Notes under the pieces: generated by a model
What the model saw: only the letters and a program-made list of their open reading frames with translations
What the model was told of the DNA's origin: nothing
Database searches by the model: none
Source of the DNA: an uncultured cyanobacterium
Lineage (GTDB): Bacteria > Cyanobacteriota > Cyanobacteriia > Phormidesmidales > Phormidesmidaceae
Direction of reading: 5' to 3'
DNA length: 64,000 nt
NCBI GenBank assembly: GCA_963793265.1
Contig: CAWBZI010000001.1
Span: 544,001 to 608,000 of the forward strand
Shown here: positions 59,788 to 64,000 of the stretch, in pieces
Layout of the letters: the number at the start of each line of letters is the position of its first letter
How positions within the stretch are numbered: position 1 is the stretch's first letter
Position numbers and translations under genes: made by a program

Positions 59788-59985
59788 TGGCTTGCGTAAG
59801 GGTAAAACGGCTAGGGCATTCAGCGCGGCTGTTAGCTGATAGCTGCTTGCGCTTATCCTTCCTACAGTACCGTTAAGTTCGGCGCGGTAAAATGCGCAAA
59901 CGGCGTTTTCAGCGCAAGCATAACCAAATTCATAACAGCGACTACCAGTGTTCTACTTTCGACGTAGGCTTTTGACATAGACGCT

Positions 59986-60162
59986 CTATTTCTTGCGGCC
60001 AAACTGCGCTTTCGCTTCCTTATAAACAGCGCCTGTAATCTCAGCCTGTCCGTGCTCTTTGGCATACTTCTCTATCTTCTTTCGAGCCGCTGGTCGCACG
60101 AAAAAAGGAATCTCTTTCAACGAAGCTTCAGCTTCAGCCGTCCACTGAATAGAATCTGCCAT
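59986..60162 (-). CDS. PCP reductase family small protein (PCP_red domain), 58 aa, not in the ORF track
   Basis: MADSIQWTAEAEASLKEIPFFVRPAARKKIEKYAKEHGQAEITGAVYKEAKAQFGRKK*; AGGAG upstream. Confidence 0.88.
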   Translation of the reverse strand: MADSIQWTAEAEASLKEIPFFVRPAARKKIEKYAKEHGQAEITGAVYKEAKAQFGRKK

Positions 60163-60225
60163 AAAACGTAAGCACTCCTAAAAACATACAAGGCTCTTAT
60201 AGTAGTGTACGAGAGCTTCGTAGCG

Positions 60226-62778
60226 TTATGAGCTAGACACTGCCATTGCTAACGCGCCGCCAAAATCCAAGTTCTCGTCCACCCAGGTCTTATCTTCAGC
60301 CACCAAAGCTTCTGCGGCCTCAGCAGGCAGCGGCTTCGCAAAAAAGTAGCCCTGCCCGTAGTTACAGCTCAACCGTCGCAAGTCAGCTAGCTGTCCGGCT
60401 GTCTCGATGCCCTCAGCAATCACATCCATCCCGAGCTGATGGCCTAAGGAAATAATCGTCTTCACAATATTGCCGTCTTCACTAGTGCTCTCTTCCATCC
60501 GGCCCACGAACGACTGATCTACTTTCAGCGTATCTGTAGGGAGCTGATGCAGATAGCTCAGCGAAGAGTATCCCGTGCCAAAATCGTCCAGACTCAGCTT
60601 CAAGTTCAAAGACTTTAGCTTCACAAGCTGTTCAATAGCCCCGTTCACGTCATCCATCGCTGCGCTCTCAGTCAGCTCTAGCTTCAGGCAGTCACTCCTA
60701 AATCCTGTCTTCGCTAGTATATAAGCCACTTCTTCAGAAAGGTTCTCCTGGTTAAACTGCTTGGTAGACAGATTGACGCTCACCATCAAGTTCTGCGCGT
60801 GAGCAAACTGTTGATGCCAAGTGTGCATCTGAGTGCAGGCTTCTTCCAAAATCCAGCTACCCATCGGCACAATCAGTCCCGTATCTTCAGCCGCTGGAAT
60901 AAATGCCCCCGGTGATACAAAACCCTGCTGAGGATGCTGCCACCGCACCAGAGCCTCAAATCCAGCTAGCTTGCCTGTGCGCAAATCTACAATAGGCTGA
61001 TAGTACAGCATGAACTCTTTATTTGCGATCGCCTGCCGCAGCTCCGCCTCTAGCTGAAAGCGCTTAACCGCCTCCGCCCTCATGCCAGGATCAAAAATCT
61101 CATAGTGTTCTTTCCCCAAAGCTCTCGCTCTTGCCATTGCCCGATGAGCATCTTGCATAAGCGTTTCAGCTTCAGCCGCATCTCTCACCTGATTCAACGC
61201 AATGCCAATACTAAAGCTAGTCGTAATCGCCTGTTTTTCAATATTGAAAGGCTCCGTTAGCTGGTTATACAGCACATCAGCAACTTTCGTAGCCTGGCTT
61301 GCTTCATCTAAGTTTTGCAGCAGTACAGCAAATTCATCGCCGCCAATTCTAGCGAGCTTAGCCTGCACTGGTAAATGATCTTTAATCCGCTCGGCCACTA
61401 ATATCAATAGCTGATCGCCAAACTTATGCCCGAAGCTTTCATTTATTGCCTTAAAGTGATCCAAGTCCAACAGCAATATAGCTGAAGAGGCGTGCACATC
61501 GCTCTGAGTGGTTCTTTGAATGGTTTGCTTTAGCTGCCGTACAAACAAAGACCGATTGGGCAGGCCGGTCAGCAGATCGTAGAAAGACTGGTGAAAAACT
61601 TGGTAGGTAATTAGAGAACCGCTTGTGAGAATGAGTGCGATTACAGGCGCGGCGAACGGTATCCAGCCTGAAAGCGTGAAAGCCAAAAAACACAGGCCGC
61701 CTAAGCTTGCCACGCCAGCGATGATAACAGCGCCTAGCAGCGCCGATCGCTTCAGCCGCCAAACCAGCACGCCGCCCACTAAAGACCATCCCCATATCCA
61801 AAAGACTTCTGCCCTCTGCGACCAGTACCAAAACAGAGGCTGCTCGTCTAGAACGCTGCTCAATATTTGGCTCACAACTTGCGCGTGAACCATCACCCCC
61901 GGCATCACATGTTCGCCACTTCTTTCTGAACTGTAAGGCGTATAAAAGAAATCTTTCTCGCTAGGGGCCGTCACCCCAATCATGACAATTTTATCTTCAA
62001 CCCAGCCCGGATCAATCTTCCCTTCTAAAACCTCAGTCAAAGAGACTTTCCTAGCCACCCAATTCGAAGATCGGTAGTCTAGAAGCATCTGATAGCCCAA
62101 TGAATCGATATCATCGTAGCCACCTGAATCAGGCGACAGCGGGAAAAACTCTGTTGCGTTTATCCGCAATGAATCGTTGTCATAGGCAAAATTAGTCGCA
62201 TCTTCTCCACCTAGATAGTTCAATCCTAGCTGCAACGCAAAAGAATAAAGCTGTGTATCATCTTCCAAAAGGGCGAACAGCAACCCACGACGTACGATTT
62301 TATCCGAGTCGATCACAAAATCATTGAAGCCAATCTGAGACGGCTTTAGATTAGGTGGGGGTGGAATACTGTCTTCTTCGCTAATACCCAAGCTGGTGAT
62401 CGCCACAACGTTCGGCGCTTTCAAAGCCTCTGCCAAAGCTGCTTGTCCATTACCTTGCGGAATATCACGATAGATATCTAGGCCGATTGTTTTAGGAGAG
62501 TCTGCCTGTAGCCGGTTGAGCAACGTCGCCATTTTCTCGTCAGAAATTGGCCATTCGCTTTGCTTGCGAATATCTTCTTCGGTCACTTCAACAATTAATA
62601 AGCGCGGATCAGGGCCGCGATCGCCCTGCAGCCGAACCATGCGGTCAAAAGCAAGTAGCTCTAGTGACTGCAAACCACCCACCTGCCTGAGCGCTATGAG
62701 CAAAGCCGTTACTGCAATACTTGCTATCCAGTAAGGCTCACGCTGTAGTTTTTTGTAGAGGTTGGTAATTACGGACAA
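60226..62778 (-). CDS. CHASE2-GGDEF-EAL c-di-GMP signalling protein
   Basis: CHASE2 DPRLLIVEVTEEDI, IGLDIYRD; 3 TM; DLLTGLPNR, GGDEF; FEALVRW, LELTES, DDFGTGYSSL. Confidence 0.93.
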   Translation of the reverse strand: MSVITNLYKKLQREPYWIASIAVTALLIALRQVGGLQSLELLAFDRMVRLQGDRGPDPRLLIVEVTEEDIRKQSEWPISDEKMATLLNRLQADSPKTIGLDIYRDIPQGNGQAALAEALKAPNVVAITSLGISEEDSIPPPPNLKPSQIGFNDFVIDSDKIVRRGLLFALLEDDTQLYSFALQLGLNYLGGEDATNFAYDNDSLRINATEFFPLSPDSGGYDDIDSLGYQMLLDYRSSNWVARKVSLTEVLEGKIDPGWVEDKIVMIGVTAPSEKDFFYTPYSSERSGEHVMPGVMVHAQVVSQILSSVLDEQPLFWYWSQRAEVFWIWGWSLVGGVLVWRLKRSALLGAVIIAGVASLGGLCFLAFTLSGWIPFAAPVIALILTSGSLITYQVFHQSFYDLLTGLPNRSLFVRQLKQTIQRTTQSDVHASSAILLLDLDHFKAINESFGHKFGDQLLILVAERIKDHLPVQAKLARIGGDEFAVLLQNLDEASQATKVADVLYNQLTEPFNIEKQAITTSFSIGIALNQVRDAAEAETLMQDAHRAMARARALGKEHYEIFDPGMRAEAVKRFQLEAELRQAIANKEFMLYYQPIVDLRTGKLAGFEALVRWQHPQQGFVSPGAFIPAAEDTGLIVPMGSWILEEACTQMHTWHQQFAHAQNLMVSVNLSTKQFNQENLSEEVAYILAKTGFRSDCLKLELTESAAMDDVNGAIEQLVKLKSLNLKLSLDDFGTGYSSLSYLHQLPTDTLKVDQSFVGRMEESTSEDGNIVKTIISLGHQLGMDVIAEGIETAGQLADLRRLSCNYGQGYFFAKPLPAEAAEALVAEDKTWVDENLDFGGALAMAVSSS

Positions 62779-63009
62779 TGGGCCTCCCGGCAGAGGTTTG
62801 ACAGACGTGTTTTATACCCCAGAGAATGCCCACCCACAGAGGGCCGCGACCCATCACTTTTACTTAGTTTGAGAAGATTGACAAAACTATGCACAGCACA
62901 TGGCGGTCATAGCAAAACCCCCTAGCTCATCAGCGCTCATAAAAAAGCAGCATAGCTAAGGGGCAAGATAGAACTCAGTGGCGTTCAGCTACCTCGAAGA
63001 ACAAAGGAT

Positions 63010-63774
63010 CTAACGATCAGGCGCAAGAAGCGCGTCAGGCGTAGATAGCGCAATTGACTCGACAGGGCTCATCGCTTCTGAAATATTGCTAGAAACTTCA
63101 GACGTTAAACCGGCAAATTGCACTAGCGCGGCCCACTCAAGCTGAAAGTCCATATCGGCTAAGTTCTGACGGCGAAGATTTATTAGCTCAGTCACCTGTT
63201 CGTGCCATAGCCCGGCGGCGGCATACAAAGCGACGCTATCTTCGGGGCTAGCACTCTCAATTTGTGAGGCCATATCACTTGTCAGCTCTACTCGGTTCAC
63301 CCATCCCTGCACCTCAAATCGCGAGCTGTCACTACAGCCAAGAGAAAATACCCATCGATAGTTTTCACCGGGTACCAGGGCAGGTACGCTCTCAGGCAGC
63401 CGCAACTCACTCAGACCATGCTTGCGACTAATATCTACTTGAGTGCTATAAACCGGCTCATCAAACTCAGTAAGTAAGGAAAATCTGACTTCATCAAGGG
63501 CTTCGGTTTCAGGCAAGGAAAACCAAAAAGCTGGCCGCGCTTCAGCCGTTTTGGCGAAGTTGTTGCGAGGCATAATCGCAACTAAAGACTGGTTGAAATC
63601 TACGAAACAGTTACCTTCTCTCACGCCTCCGCTAATTCTTCTGCCAGGCAAACCTACATTTCTATTTTGGCCATTGCGGCTATTGGCAAGGCTAGACATT
63701 GGAAACGTGCTGCTTGCCAGCACTAAGCCAAACGTAGCTGCCAACACTAATTTAGGAATGTGAATGGTTTGCAT
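63010..63774 (-). CDS. DUF928 domain protein
   Basis: Signal peptide, PGRRISGGVR..C, RPAFWF, YRWVF...C, VQGWVNR, YAAAGLWHE; next to a CHASE2 gene as is typical in cyanobacteria. Confidence 0.85.
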   Translation of the reverse strand: MQTIHIPKLVLAATFGLVLASSTFPMSSLANSRNGQNRNVGLPGRRISGGVREGNCFVDFNQSLVAIMPRNNFAKTAEARPAFWFSLPETEALDEVRFSLLTEFDEPVYSTQVDISRKHGLSELRLPESVPALVPGENYRWVFSLGCSDSSRFEVQGWVNRVELTSDMASQIESASPEDSVALYAAAGLWHEQVTELINLRRQNLADMDFQLEWAALVQFAGLTSEVSSNISEAMSPVESIALSTPDALLAPDR

Positions 63775-64000
63775 AGTAGGGGTTGTCCTTATTAGTAGGA
63801 GGTTTATAAAACGTTTCTATGTATTCTTTAGAAAAGTAGATGCTTTTGAGAACTAATCTTGCGTAGGCAAATCGCTTTGAGCTATTTGTGGCGCAGGCGC
63901 TAGGTCGTTGCCAAAGGGAACTGAAACCACCTGAGATAGCTCTATTGATTCCAAAAGCGCTATCCATTGCTGTTCTAAGCTATCGCTTGCAGCAGCGCTT

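Noticed and set aside
59862..60065. 67-aa ORF from the track
   Set aside because: It overlaps, in another frame, the better-supported PCP_red gene at 59986-60162
63752..63967. 71-aa ORF at the window end
   Set aside because: No recognisable motif, and it overlaps the DUF928 start and promoter region; cannot be supported

Overview
Chromosomal segment of a cyanobacterium, judged from the dense HIP1 octamer GCGATCGC and from cyanobacteria-typical genes (HpsJ, Uma2, DUF928/CHASE2, an SphR-type Pho box). Housekeeping genes: hup (partial), cobD, dcd, rph, ubiD, pgl, aspA, pstS, map, the rplS-tRNA-Trp-secE-nusG-rplKAJL cluster, tlyA and tRNA-Val. Accessory content: (1) a tnpA-less IS200/IS605 element with an intact TnpB and omega-RNA end, whose right end supplies the stop codon of a cation/H+ antiporter; (2) an LRAT-family acyltransferase fused to a PspA/Vipp1-like helical segment, behind two FHA genes; (3) a 69-aa lipoprotein with five DPCAA repeats, convergent with a SagB/ThcOx-type dehydrogenase; (4) a membrane-anchored DUF3825-like protein; (5) a complete Wsp-like chemosensory operon whose output is a WspR-type receiver fused to a histidine kinase rather than a GGDEF domain, divergent from a dockerin-like/Ig/propeller surface protein; (6) a sensor-less NB-ARC ATPase followed by an atypical Ser/Thr kinase; (7) CHASE2-GGDEF-EAL plus DUF928. 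map carries a 1-nt frameshift, and a 58-aa PCP_red gene is missing from the ORF track. At sequence level, G/C skew repeatedly flips at HIP1 sites regardless of gene strand. All family assignments come from motif recognition by eye, not from database searches.
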